A DNA stretch of 63,806 bases, counting the filler, from Conidiobolus incongruus B7586 (taxonomy: Eukaryota): the NCBI GenBank assembly GCA_000697335.1. It is 8 parts of 8 records of this genome, joined end to end, with 100 filler letters (N's around TTAATTAATTAA, not from the genome) between each part and the next. Parts side by side here need not be neighbours in the genome. Positions count along the whole stretch, not along the records: positions 27,700 to 29,344 come from JNEM01006130.1; positions 29,445 to 47,535 come from JNEM01006131.1; 6 more parts are not named here. One strand, given 5' to 3'. The notes under the pieces are model-generated. The model saw only the letters and a list, made by a program, of their open reading frames with translations. It was not told where the DNA came from and made no database searches. Shown here in pieces: positions 27,790-41,419 of this stretch. Numbering within the stretch: position 1 is the stretch's first letter; each line of letters begins with the position of its first letter. A program made the position numbers and the translations under genes.

Positions 27790-29344
27790 CACTAACCTAC
27801 AAAAATGAGTCATATAATCAAAAATATATATATTTTAATTAATAACTAAAATAAATATATATATTAGATTACTTAAAACTATAATATATAATTAAGATAT
27901 ATTATTTAATAATAAATAAATATATTTAGATATATTTAGTAAACTATTAGCAAAAATATTAACCCTTAATATTTAACTAAGATAAGTTATAAATTTGTGG
28001 GTTTTGGAGATAAAGGGATATATTTAATAATATATAACCATATCTTTTTTATCTCTTTGTTATTATTTTATATAATATTTTATAAATATACTAAATTTTT
28101 TTATTAATATTATTATACTTAAATCCCTCTCTAAAAAAATTTACTTGTGTATCAATTAACTTTATAAAGAAGGTAAATTAACCAATGATATTGCTAGAAT
28201 TATTAGTGTTAGCTAGTCTACTATAGTTAAAGTTATTAAGAATAACAATAACGAAACATTTAAACTTAAACTTAAATATGTTAGAATTATAGATAAACAT
28301 GATAAAAAGTATATTTATAGGTTAATTAGTATAGGTAAATATAATACTACTGTAGTAATATAGCAAGAATTGTGAAACTATATAAAAATATTAATTAGCA
28401 CTAATATTATTATATGTGTTTTATATTAGCATAGATACTACTTACACTTTAAGAAAAAACACCCCTAATTAAAGAAATCCCATTATAAAACTAGGTGGGA
28501 GTTTAAATATTATCATTAATATTAAATTAAAACTAATTAGAGTAAAGTTATTTAGTTTAATAAAACAAAAATATACTTTAGTAGATTTGATAGAAAAGCT
28601 AGATGTTTTAGAAAAGATGTAAAATTACTTTATAACTATTATGTTAATTCTACCCAAAAATACAATAATAGGTTAATTATTATTTAAAGATATATATTAT
28701 CTTTAGGTATAAAATATCTTTGTAAAGTTAATAAAGGAATTAATATTAAGATATTCTAAATTATTCTAAATAATAAATTAAAAAAAACTATTAAATAATA
28801 TAGGTTAAATAAATCTAATGTTATTTTCTAGTAAGATAATATTTTTTGCTATATTATAACTTTTATTACTAAATAGTTTAAAAATAACAAGATAATAGTT
28901 ATAAAGTAGCTTCTTTAATTTTTTAACTTTAATTTAATTAAACATTTTTAGGATTAGTTAAAAAAAGCTATTAAAGTTTTCCCTTTAGTAAAAAATTTAA
29001 ATTAACTTTAAAAATATATTCAAGAAGTATAGAACAAAATTAACTTTTTTTAGTATAAGAAGTTAGTTGATTCTATACCCTATAAACTTAAAGAAGTTAG
29101 AAAAGCTAAAGGTAAATATATTAAGTTTTGATTTTTTTTATCATCAAAAATCTATAAATTTATAACTTATCTTAGGTAAAATTTAAAGGTTTATATTTTA
29201 GCTAATTAATAGCTAAATATCATCATTTAATGATATATATAATTAATAAATATAATAGATTTTAATTATTTAATTTAAGTTTATTTTATTAAATATTAAT
29301 TAAGTTATTAGTAAAAATATAAGTATTTTTAATTTTAAACTTAT
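27790..29344 (+). mobile_element. Tc1-type (DD34E) DNA transposon copy A, hypermutated, right end cut by linker
   Basis: TA|CACTAACCTACAAAAATGAGTCA terminus; ghost ORF ~28116-29131. TAG AGT AAA GTT ATT TAG TTT AAT AAA ACA AAA reverts by transitions to WSKVIWSDETK. Exactly 34 codons lie between D (28835) and E (28940). Ends DS(M)P...KAKG(G)Y(T)KF-stop. Confidence 0.9.
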
Positions 29345-29444
29345 NNNNNNNNNNNNNNNNNNNNNNNNNNNNNNNNNNNNNNNNNNNNTTAATTAATTAA
29401 NNNNNNNNNNNNNNNNNNNNNNNNNNNNNNNNNNNNNNNNNNNN
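29345..29444. other. Assembly linker
   Basis: 44N-TTAATTAATTAA-44N. Confidence 0.98.
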
Positions 29445-30839
29445 TAGTAAAACTTAACTATAAATTTTTTATAATTTATAAACAACTTATAATAATAAAA
29501 TTTTATTTAAATTAACTATTTATTGCTTGGTGAATTACTTTAAAATTAAGAAAAAAACTATTTAAAACTTGTTAAAATTTAAAAAACTAATTTTAACTAT
29601 TATTTTTTTAATTATTAATAAAATGAAAAAATATATTGAAAAGCATCTTTTTATTTTAATTGAAGAATTATTTAAATATTTTAATATTAGTTATATAAGT
29701 ATTACATATATATTAATGTTTAAATTTAAATTAATAAATAAAAATATAAAAAAAGTACCATATAATTTAACTAGAGTTTAGAAAAAAGTTAAAATAGTTA
29801 TTATTAAATAAAACTTACTAAAATATTACTAGAAACTTAAGCACTTATAATAAATAATTATAATTAATGAATTTTAAATTTTTATAAATAATCTTTTATT
29901 AAAACATAAATCAAAATAATAAATTAAATTAAATTAACCTTTTTTTCAAATTTTTAAATAAACATTTTATTAATAAACTAATATTAAATATTATAATAGA
30001 TTATAATGGTATATGTTACTTTTATTTAATTTTTAAAGGGAAATCAATTAATAATAAGCTTTATATTGCTTTTTTAAATAAAAGTATTTTTAATTAATTT
30101 TCTCAATATAATTTAAGAAAACCTATTATTTTACCTGATAATTATAAAATATATAAATTTAAAATTATAAAAAACTCTCTAATTAAGTATAACTAGAAAA
30201 AACCACTACATCTAGTATATTGTTTAAATTATAACTTATGTAATTATAATTGCTTTAAGTATTTAAAAAACTAGCTTGTAGAAAAGAAAATTTCTATAGG
30301 AAAATATAATTAGTTTGTAAAACATCAAATTTTAATCTTTAATAAAAAGAATTATTTTTTAAGTGTTAAGAGTTTGTTAAAAATATAGCAAAAAGTTATT
30401 AATAATAAAAGAAACTATTAAATTCATATTATATATTTATTTTTATATATCATATATCCAAATGTTTTTATTTTCAATCACAAAAAATTCCCATTATTTA
30501 AATTGCAGAGTAATAATATCAATTATAATGAATTAATTATCTTTTCTTCAAAACTAAATAATACTATATTTTAATAGAACTATTAATTTTGAAATTAAAT
30601 ATTAGTTGATATAATTAGCTATATTAAAATTATATCTTTCCAGTCAAGTAAATCAATAATAACTTAGTTAATAATAATTTAAAACTATTTTATTATATGA
30701 AAATTTTTATAATTGATTCAATTAAAAAATTGAACTTGATCAAAATCTTTTTTTCGATGAAATCTTTATAATTATTATCAAATACCAAAAGGAAATATCT
30801 AAAATTATATGAATAAACTATAATTGATAGTCAATTGTT

Positions 30840-33766
30840 AACACATCTAAATCTCTAGGGTGATGAAGTTTCCTTGTAAGTTGGTCTGTCTTCAATACGG
30901 CAATAGAGTGCCAATTTGATAGAGTCGAATTCCACAGTGGTAGAAAGTGGTCAGGAGCTGGTCAATCAGTTGAAATTCCATAGCATGTGTACAAATTTGC
31001 CTTGATGTTATGCATATTGCAAAAAGTTGCCAGTGTTAAGGAAGATCGCTTTATGATTGGGGTCCAAGCAGTACAAGAATCAACAGTTGAAACTATTACA
31101 AAGATTGGAATTGACATTGTGAATGTCATTTAACTAATTCAAATTGGGAATATTTAAAAAAGCTCTTGCAATTGCATTTTTTCCACATTTGAGTGGGTCA
31201 CTATATATTAGTTCATTACTCAGTTTCATAATTTCGGAATTGATTGTATAATGATATCGTATCTTTGTACTGGGTCGTGATGAGCTTCTACAAGTATCAT
31301 TGCCATTGAAGTATTGGCAGCATCTTTTTGCAACGTTGAATCTCTGATTAATGGCAGTACTTGGTAATAATCCCCAACTAAAAAAACTTGTTCGAAGACA
31401 TATGATTAATACAATACGGTTTAATGGCTTCGTACACTTTGCTGAGCGATCCAAGTAGTAAGAATTGCGTCGCATTTAATACTGGCAACTTGAGTGGGAT
31501 GATATCGAGTGACTAATGCGCGTATATCATGTTATTAATATCGCTTAATATTACCATTTGACTAAATACTTAACAAAATGCGCAATCGCCGTAGTTTTAC
31601 CTGTTCCTGGCATACTTAAGATCACAGTGTAATCGTCATTATTGATAGTGTCTTCACATGCCATATCCTGGTCCCAATTCAAGCAACCTTGGGAGTTGAA
31701 CTTAATACGGTCACGATCGTCCTAACCCAATTTTCCTCTATGAAGTCTAGGAGACTTTAAATTCATGATCAATTCTCTTAACCTGATCGCCTGCGGAGCC
31801 ATATCAGTCATCAACTTGACCAAATTTCTTCCCGAAAATTTTACACCCTGTTCTTACCCATGCTTGTCAATTTGAAACAATTCTTCCCAAAAAATTAGAA
31901 TTTATCGATTGGATAAACCCTTGAAAACTTTCAAATTTAAGAAATATTTGATTTTTAAAATCTTTAAAAGTATGGCATTTTTTAATGGTGATCAGAATGC
32001 TTAACTTAGGGAGATTTTGATACTGATTACACTAAATTGTAGAAGGTAGCCGACAGCTATACTGAATATTCCAGATCCGGTCGAGTTAATCACGTGTTCA
32101 CCGATCTCGATATAAGTTGTAGGCAGTGGACCCTTGGAGGAAGTAGGATACGACACGTTTGGCATATCGGAACCAACACAAAACAGGAGACTATTCGATT
32201 TCGAAGTGTCAAAACTCCTGTTCAATTCCTTGAATTCAACAGCGTTGACGAAATCGGAAGAATCCAAGGAGTTAAATAGAATCATGCTCCTCAAGCACTT
32301 GCCCTTCCTCTCCAAAACTTTGGAGCTTTTGGACCAGATCTCCTTCTTATAAATTTTAATATGTTTTTCTTCAATGTTAAAAATTCGATCTACTCGGGAT
32401 AGAATTGGAGTTAGTGTGGGATTACGTAGAATGTGATTTAATTATAGATTCGAAATCTTGCAAAGTGGACCGCGTTTCAATTTCCAAAGTCTTGCGATGT
32501 AGCATATAGCTCAGAAGTTGATTACACTTGGAGCATATGCTACTGTTCCTGATTATTGGAGGCAGTGGTAGTTCTCTCTCTCCCACAAATTGGAGGTTAA
32601 TTTATTCCTAGTTTGAATCAAAGCCACCAGGTTGTCCCTAGTGGAATGAATTCTGACTAATTGTTCCTCCTCTTGCGCATTCAGTATAAATATGAGACAC
32701 AGTTGGGCATTTTAATCGTACTTTTCACTGAAAACTACTTAATCCAGAATTATTAGAAAATAATAATATAGGTTGAAGCTAACTTTCCCAGTTTTAAATT
32801 CTAAGGCACCAATATACACTTTGCTACGGTATGATTTATTGGTTTGAATTGTAATTCAACTATTAAATGAACATTAACCTTAATATTACCTTTTTGAGAA
32901 CATATCATATCCACTGAGGATTTAGTTTCAGACATTAAGAACCCTCGAGTTCATCATTAGGATTTAAATATTTTTGATTGAATCTTGCAAATTGTTTTGA
33001 TTTGATATTATTTGTGATACAAGTTTTGATTCATGTTTGTAATTTGAATTTCCCTTCTAAAATATCTTCAACGATGGATTCTTCCATGCGGTTGACACTA
33101 TAGAATTTATTACTGTAAATATGGCATAATTGGTGTTTTTGCAATTCATAAGGCCATCGATAAAATCATTCCTCATAAGACAGAGTTCTAACAACTCATG
33201 CAACAATTGACCAGGAATTAGTGGTTCTGTGTAGGGACTTACTAGTATAGATCTCTACTGAAGAATATTCATCCTAATATCACTGTTAGAAGTTGTTAAT
33301 GATACTGAATTGATCAGTTGATCAGTACCCATAATGTTGAGATTTTCCAAATCGTTGATGATACATTCATTACTATAGGATTTGCTGATGAAATTGGCAA
33401 TATTACCAACTTTTGCCATTGTGTAGTACTAGGACTCAAGTAAGTAAATGATATCGCTCATTTTTGTCAACTTATGTAATATTTTCAACTCCTTTTGAGG
33501 TTCCCAATACCCTCCTCCGCCACTCGCAGTGTTGTAGTAGTTTTCGGAATAACTTGAATCACCGTAAGTCTGAGGTAGGTGCCACTGTCTAGGTCAGGAG
33601 CGTTCTGAACTGGGAGCAATGATTGATTCGCTCCCATTTCTAATAGACTTAGATCTTCGATAGAAAATCCGGAAAACATATTGTCTATTTTGTTTCGTTC
33701 TGTGATATTGTCAACGTTTAAAGAAACAGGATTGCTAAAGTTTGAGGTATTATTGGGATTGTCCAT
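30840..33766 (-). pseudogene. DNA2: DNA2 nuclease/helicase pseudogene with many stops and frameshifts; limits approximate
   Basis: Collinear DNA2-like blocks: KGNIKVNV and GALEFKTG (nuclease, ~32790-32900); RLRELIMNLKSP; DDYTVILSMPGTGKTTAIA (Walker A, ~31585-31645); YHYTINSEIMKLSNELIYSDPLKCG; VSTVDS. Confidence 0.8.
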
Positions 33767-34627
33767 TGTAGAATTGCCATCCTTGTAAATTCTGAATATA
33801 AATTACAATATATAAACAATGTGAAAATTGTAAATCTACCTTTAAATATTGAAATATTAAATTTGTTAATTCCAAAGGTCTTTTAACTCAAAACATTAAA
33901 TTACAATTAAATAATATTAAAGATTTATTTAACATTATTATTGAAACTAATATTAATAGAATTAATACTATTACTATCTAATTATCAATTATCAATTGTA
34001 AATTTTAATACTTAAAAAAGATAAATTTAGAAAAGTAAATTACTCGAGTTAGAGTTTGGAGTTGGTTCTTTATATTATATATATATATTATATTCCACTA
34101 AATCAATTCATTAGATACAATGTAATATATATTTGAAGGTTAATAGTATATGAAATAATCATTATAAACTATAAACTACTTTATCAATTTTAAATTTCAG
34201 TAGATTTTACGATATTTGTATTTATATTGAAAGTATATTCGGTTATTAGGATAATGTTTAAATATGAATTTAATAATTTAATGATGAATTCAATGAATAT
34301 TTAACAAAATTAAAGTTCACCAATTTTGAAAAATTATATTAATTTAATATTATAATAATTTTTGTTGTAAAAAGAGATATCATATTCATCTATCTGTTAA
34401 TTGTGTAATATTGATATAGTAATCATATTGTAAACATAATATAAAGAGAGATTGAAATATATGGGAAAAAAGGTAAAAGATGTATAAAAGGAGGGAAATA
34501 ATGTGAAATTAGAAAGAATCAAATACATTATGTTATAGAAAAATTATGTAAATTATAAAAAAGAAAAAATATTTAAAATTTACTACGCAAATTTCACTTA
34601 AGAATATTATAAACATTTTTTATTTAA

Positions 34628-34699
34628 GACGTATTGGGGCGATGATAGCGAGTCTGACTTCAGAGCGGAAGGCTAAGAGTTCCAGTCTATCACTCATCT
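34628..34699 (+). pseudogene. tRNA-Trp-derived relic with TCA anticodon (pseudo-tRNA or SINE head)
   Basis: GACGTAT TG GGGC GATGATA GCGA G TCTGA CTTCAGA GCGGA AGGCT AAGAG TTCCAGT CTATC ACTCATC T aligns without gaps to the eukaryotic tRNA-Trp layout (..GTCTGACTCCAGATCAGAAGG..GTTC..). Acceptor, D and T stems are mispaired. Confidence 0.7.
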
Positions 34700-35696
34700 T
34701 AGTCTAAGCGCTCATTTTCGTAGTATTTATTCCAATTTTGAATCTTATTTTTTGTTCTTCAAGATATATTAATATTTTTTTTCTTTTGTTTCACGCATAT
34801 TTTTTCAATTTGTTTTATAAATTTTAATTAATGTTGATTATTATTTGAATTGCTATATATTTTATTCAAATATTAAATTTGATACTATAAATAATAATAT
34901 ATTTGAAATATTTTTTTGAATTATTAAATTTATAATTATTAAAATTAATACTAGATTATATAGATGCAATTTTCAGTAAAATATAAATGATTGATATTTG
35001 ACAATTGTCAATATAGTTTATATGACATTGTTAAATTATATTTTTAGTTTTTAAATCACGAAAAGAAAAAGACAATAGTATAATTACCGTTAATATTGAT
35101 AGTTTGTAACTATTTCAACTATTGTCATTTAAATAAAAATATAAATTGAATTATATAGAGTAAATATTTGATTCAAAATTCAGATATTAGCTATTATTCA
35201 CTGTTCAAATAATGTAATTTTTTACAAAATTAACTAATTCAGATCATTTCAAATTTGGGAATGATTTAAAAAAGATTGAATAGGTCATGTTTATAAACAA
35301 ATTAAACTTATCAAATATCAATTTGTATTATATTATTACATAAATCTTATTCGTCGATTGGATTGATGATGTGTTTAATCCATGTTTAGAAATTTTTAAC
35401 TTGATTTTCACTAACAATTTTTATCATATTATCACATCATTTAGTATTTTTGGATTCCAAAGTCGAGATTATCCGTGATATCCATAGTTATATATAATTA
35501 ATCTAAAAACTCGAAATTTTTAATTAATCTGAGAGCATTAATAAATTTAAAATTACATAGAAAATAATGGGATAATATAATAAACGTAGAATAATTTTAA
35601 AAATTTGAAAATTATTGGAAAGAAATGTATATATAATTTTATTTTTTAAAAGCAACACATAATAATATTTATAACAAAAAGAGTTAATCAATCAAA

Positions 35697-38600
35697 TTAA
35701 TCGTGGAAGTCTTTTCCATTTTTAACAGCTTTAACAATACCTTGACGAATGACGAAATCTCCAAACCTTTCTCCTTCTAGACGCTCTAGGGAGTATTGCT
35801 TGATCAGAGGTCGCAAAGTATCAAGGATCTGTTGCTCATCCACCGATTCTTTGTACAGTTTGGCTACGCGGTCACCGTAGAAGCCACCACCGAGGAAGAG
35901 ATTGTAGGTGTTAGGAGCTTTGCCAACGAGGGCAATTTCCGCGACGTAAGGACGAGAACAGCCGTTGGGGCAGCCGGACATACGGATCACGATGGAATCG
36001 TCCCGGAGGCCGCAGTCGAGGATGGTTTCGTCCAATTTGTCGATTAATTTGGGTAGGTAGCGTTCGGCTTCGGCCATTGCAAGACCACAAGTGGGTAAGG
36101 CAACGCAAGCCATGGAATTGAGACGAAGTTGGGAGAAGTCGACATTGGAGAGGTTGTAGCGATCCATCAATTGTTGGAGATGATCCTTATCCTCAGGCTT
36201 GACATTCTTAATAATCAAATTCTGATTAGGAGTGAGGAGGAAAATATCCTTGTGAGCATTGGCAATCTCTCTGAGACCTGTCTTCCAAGGTCTTCCAGGA
36301 GTATCTCTAATACGACCATTCTCAAGATAGAGATTATAGTGCCATAAGCCATCGGAGTCGGTTTGCCATCCGAATCTATCTCCGTTGTCTTTGAATTCGA
36401 AAGATCTAGCGGGCTGGAGGGGATATCCGAGTCTGGTGGCGAGCTCTTCTTTGAATTTTTCTACCCCCATATCTTCAATAGTGTACTTTAGACGAGCATG
36501 CTTACGGTTGAGACGTTCACCAAAATCGCGTTGGATGAGCATGACCTTTTCACCAACATCGATAGCTTGTTCTGGGGTACAGAATCCGAGGACATCAGCC
36601 AATCTGGGATATGTTTTCTTATTATTGTGGGTAGCACCCATACCACCGCCAACAGTAACATTGTAACCAACAACTTTATCATTTTCAATAATGGCAATAT
36701 AACCCAAGCAGTGAGCGCGAACGTCAACGTCATTACTAGGGGGAATAGCAATAGCAATCTTGAACTTTCTAGGCAAATAGCTGGGACCGTAAAGGGGTTC
36801 AACGTCTTGTACAGCTTGTCCAGCAACCATCTTGTCATCCAACCAAATTTCGTGGTAAGAATTGGTGCGAGGGAGTAAGTGGGCGTCCAAAGCCAAAGAG
36901 AATTTGAAAATTTCGTCATGGATGGATTTCTTGACAGGGACTGAACTAACATGATGTTACGGTTGACATCACCACAAGCAGCTAAGGTGGTCATGAGTGC
37001 CTTGTTGACACCTTGGATAGTCTTTCTTAAATTCTTCTTGAGGATACCGTGGAATTGAAGGGTTTGTCTGGTTGTGATCTTGAGACCGCCGTCGCAGTAT
37101 TCTTCGGCGAGTTTGTCCAGGGCGAGCCATTGAGCGGTAGTGAAAACCCCCGCACACCCTCTCATACGAGCCATAAATGAGTATGCGAGTTCGAGGCCGC
37201 GTTCAATACGTTCTTCTCTGATATCTCTGTCGTCTTGTTGGTAGATGCCGTGGAATTTGGTGAGTTTAGTATCTCTATCGCTGAGAGCACCAGTGGATTC
37301 GTCGCGAAGACCTTCAGCAATAGTACCTCTCATGAAATTACTTTGAAGCTTATTCTCGTGATCGCTCAAAGTGGTAGGCAAAGAGAATTGCTCTGAAGCT
37401 CCAGAGATAACTTCAGCTCCAAGAGCTTTCCAGAGTTCGGGCTCCCAAATTTGGAATTGGGTTTCAAAACCATCGGCATCTTGATCGTCTCCAAGACCAA
37501 CGTCCACGATAGGTTGAGCGTTTAATGAGATGAGCTTCTTGTGGATATCTTTACCAGGTTTGTTGTAGAAGATAGCATCTTCTTCCTTGGGCCAGTAGTG
37601 ACTATCACCAAGACCGAATACTGCAAATCTCAAATTGGGTAAAGTAGTTTCAGAAGCAGATAGAGACTTCCAGAATTCTTTAGCATTGACCGGGAACTCA
37701 CCTTGGCCAGCGGTTGATACGACGAAGAGTAAGAGAGATTCGTGCTGAATGTCTTCAACTGGGACTTCATTAGCGGGATGGCAGCGAGATGAGAAGCCAC
37801 GGATCTTGGCACCGTGATCAAGGCGACGAGCAACTTCTTCGGCTCTACCACCATCAGAACCGTATAAGACAACAAGAGGAGGACCATTCAATCCATTCAA
37901 AAGCTTGTTCAAAGCATCCTTAGCATCCTGAACCTTAGTTTCAATTTGGTGTCTGGCATTGATCTGCTGAGAACCGATTTGAGCCTTGGGAATCTGAGCA
38001 ATCTTTCGAGATACAGCACTCAAATGAGAGTTTCTGTCTAAAAAGTCTTGGATTTCCTTTCTAATTGAGCTTGAAAAGAGTTCAAATTGGTCTTCTCCAT
38101 TCTCTTCGATGGATGGCACCCAACGGTAGATGGGCCACTTGCCGGAATCAATAGCGATCTTGGTTTGTTGCAAAGTGACGACATCTGAAAGGGAGTCCTT
38201 ATCGCTACCGGTGATGACAGGCAAATACCCTAATACAACGGAAGGTCCTTTGAATTGATTGGCTTCCAAAATGAATTTGAAGGCTTGGGAGTAAGAATGG
38301 TTGATAGCGCTAGAAGCGACGAATACGTCACCAAAGTTCATGGCGTAGAGACCAAGATCTTTCTTCCTAGGTTGTGTGAGATCTCTGGTACGGGATTCGT
38401 TCAAAGCTTCAGTTTCCAGAACCAAAATGTTGATATCTTCACCTGAGCTGATGACGCTTTGCAAACCACTGTTGCTCAAATCATAAGACCATTCGTCAGA
38501 ACCGACGAGCCAGTAAGAAGGTTTGGTGAATAAATAGGATTGAGAGTTGATTTCTTCAAGTTCTGGATTACCATCGATGGATGATTGGGCGAAGAGTTCA

Positions 38601-39820
38601 ATTAAGGAGTCTGCGGCAGTCTTGCTCTTTTCAAAGTCATCCTTGACCAAGAGCCAGTTGGTCAATCCATTTCTCAACTCTGAACTAATATTAAGCTTAG
38701 AATTCAAAGATACCTTGGTAACGAGTTCAGTGAATTGTTGTCTCCTTTTGATTTGAGCCAAAATTGTACCATAACCGTATTCGGGACGATTGTAGGTGGA
38801 TTGACCATAGATGGAAGGGGATCCAATTTGATTAGCAATAACTAACTGAGAGTCGAAAGCTTGGTTAAGAAGAGAAATATATGGAATATCATTTGGGAAG
38901 GTTTGGTTAGAGGCAGTAGCGCACACTGGAGAGGTTTTGGGGATGATATCTTCTTTGACTACGAGTCTGACTTTGGAAGCCAATTCAGGCACATTGAGAA
39001 GATCTAAATACAAAGGAGCTACTACTTTAGTCTTCCAGCTCCATAAATCAAGTCTTTCGATAGAGCTAGAGAGCACAGATTGGAGTTGGCTAGCATTGAA
39101 TGGTTGATATACTCTGACTCTGACATCAGCCTGAGGCAATGAGGTAAAGATGTTGAAACCAATGGATAATTGATCCACGTCAATTGGGTTAGACAATTCG
39201 AAGGACTTGTAGTTGGAAGATCTTAGTTGATTGATATGTTCCAAAATATCTTCAATTGTAGTCGTGCTGGGCTTGAATTCCTTAGCGTTTTGAATCAATT
39301 GGTCGATAGAAACTTGTTCTAAAGGGGCAAGGTTGGACCTTTGATATACCAAATACAGGTCAAACACATGGATGAAAATGGAATTATTATGTAAAGCGGC
39401 AGTATGAGCTAGTAAAGCCATATCGTTAATTTCATCAGCATTATTGGAAAATATGGCACCAATTCCCAAATCTTTGAAGGATAATAAAGTTGTCAATCTT
39501 TCCAAATTGCTAGAAATATCGTGACGATCAATGGCGACATGCAAAACTGCAGGCTTCTTAGATTCGGTTAAAACGAATAGAGAGGGTAAAAACTGTGTGA
39601 TTTGGCTAGCTTGGATGAATAATGTGGAAACTTCAGTATTTTCCTTTTCTTTTGAATGGTAGTTCAAAAACGGAGCGACAGGATCTCGATCGCTTTTAAG
39701 GGTAACATAATTCAATGATTGTGACGTTTTTTGAGGAATTAACCCAGTAGTAAATATTTTGTTAGTGAATTGGGATGCCAATTGAAAGAGTTGGTTGATT
39801 ACAGAGTTATTATCTGACAT
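35697..39820 (-). CDS. MET5: Assimilatory sulfite reductase beta subunit (PFOR-like, flavodoxin and siroheme/4Fe-4S domains); intronless, 1-nt frameshift at 36948-36949
   Basis: Flavodoxin VLYGSDGG..AE and FAVFGLGDSHY; TKFHGIYQQDDRD, ACGDVNRN, YLPRKFKIA, CVALPTCG, SGCPNGC. The two long ORFs join by one missing base. Confidence 0.93.
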
Positions 39821-40198
39821 CCTATATAATGTATCGAATTTATCAACTACTGAATATATGAATAAATAGTTGATAATAATTACCTTATATTATATAATTA
39901 ATTGATAAAAATAGAGCTAGGAATAAAAAATGTATAAATATGGAGTTGATTATATATAACAAATTAAATAATTAAAAATCCTATAGCATTAAATATTATT
40001 GACAACTTTTTACAATCATAATTCCACTATTAAGGGTATTCATTTAGTTTAAATAGTATTGACAATTTTCTACAGATTGATTAGATCATCAGAATTCTGA
40101 TTAATTTTATCAAATTAAATTATGAATTTATTTGATTGAATCAGAATAGTTGAAAAGCTCGCAAACTTTAGGCAAATTCAAGCAATTTTCAATTGGAA

Positions 40199-40517
40199 TC
40201 ACGTCATTCTAATTTGATTATATAAATACCTCAATTTGATGACTCAGCTATTGAATTAGTAATACTGATTAATTATTTCAACTCGAATGAATATATTCTT
40301 AAATACCTTTTATTTTATTTTATTATATAAATGATTGATATTTATAAATATATTATAATGTTTTAAATTAGAATATAAATATTTTTCATTCTTTGAATTT
40401 ATGAGAAATAACAGCAAAATTTTAATTTTTCAACCTACTTCTATAATAGGAAATTCTGGATCTATTCATTCGAATTTTTAAATATATTTTTATTCTATCA
40501 TGTGTAATATGAGTCAT
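40199..40517. promoter_or_regulatory. bZIP-type sites upstream of MET5
   Basis: TCACGTCA 40199-40206, ATGACTCA 40239-40246, ATGAGTCAT 40509-40517 (Gcn4/AP-1/CRE-like consensus). Confidence 0.35.
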
Positions 40518-40955
40518 CGTTTTAAAAATTTTTTAATCATCTGTTCAATAGTTAATTGTAAGGAGTTTAGGATTTATTGTTATTGCCTTATTTAGTAACT
40601 CAAAATTTGCAATCTTTAGATATTGAATAAACCTCAAATTGTTTTATTATTTTAATTCAAATTTTCGGTTCAATCATAATGTAATGAATAATTTTATTGA
40701 ATATCAAATATTGACCATATTAAACCTGAATATACAAATAAAACTACCCAACTTTATATTCAATTTCGATCTTATATCTATATAACTAATGATACTAGTT
40801 GAATTATCTCAAGCACCATTTTAGATGACAGATATAATTAGTTTATATCCCATTCTAGCCACTTATATTTATAATGATAGATAAATCAAATGATTATTGG
40901 CTAAATAAATGATTACTAGGTATATATTTCAGTCTAAATATTATTATCAATGTAT

Positions 40956-41419
40956 TGTTGGGGCATCTATAGGCAAACATATTTAAATTTTAATACTAAA
41001 TATAATTATAAAGAATTTTTTTCAAATATTGAAATTTAAATTATATTTTAAACTAATAAATTATAATATAAAAACTTATTTAAAATATTGCAAGTCTGCT
41101 GTAAAGTGGTCTTGCAATACGGATCAAGTAGCTTCTATAAAACTTGATAAAGGTGGTTAGCGATAAACTTTAAGGAGTTTTATCAAATTATCAACTTGAA
41201 CAGCTTAATCCTGATGAAAAATGATGTTCAAGAAAGTATTTACTTGTTGATGATTTTAGCGTCATCACGCCTTAAAACAATAATTTGCATTACTGATTGT
41301 AGTTGTTGTCCCGGATTTCACATCGTACAAGGATTCTGCTCAGTAGTTGTTTGAGTTATATTCTTAATAATGATGGATGGTTTAGGTTGAATAGCGAGCG
41401 GACTTCTCGATCCGCGACA
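40956..41419. mobile_element. Candidate solo LTR (464 bp) with 4-bp TSD GTAT
   Basis: Imperfect inverted termini TGTTGGGG...CCGCGACA. GTAT at 40952-40955 and 41420-41423. Right two-thirds GC-elevated and non-coding. Confidence 0.5.

Noticed and set aside
34628..34715. tRNA-Sec or C/D-box snoRNA interpretation (TCA anticodon; ATGATA/CTGA boxes)
   Set aside because: No long variable arm or Sec-type stems, and no terminal CTGA box D. The gap-free tRNA-Trp alignment explains it better.
36941..36950. GTTAGTTCAG as an intron repairing MET5
   Set aside because: Only 10 nt, and removing it does not restore the frame.
35796..38756. Many short ORFs overlapping MET5; likewise inside the secreted protein, GMC and SEC18
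   Set aside because: Shadow ORFs produced by biased codon usage of the real genes.
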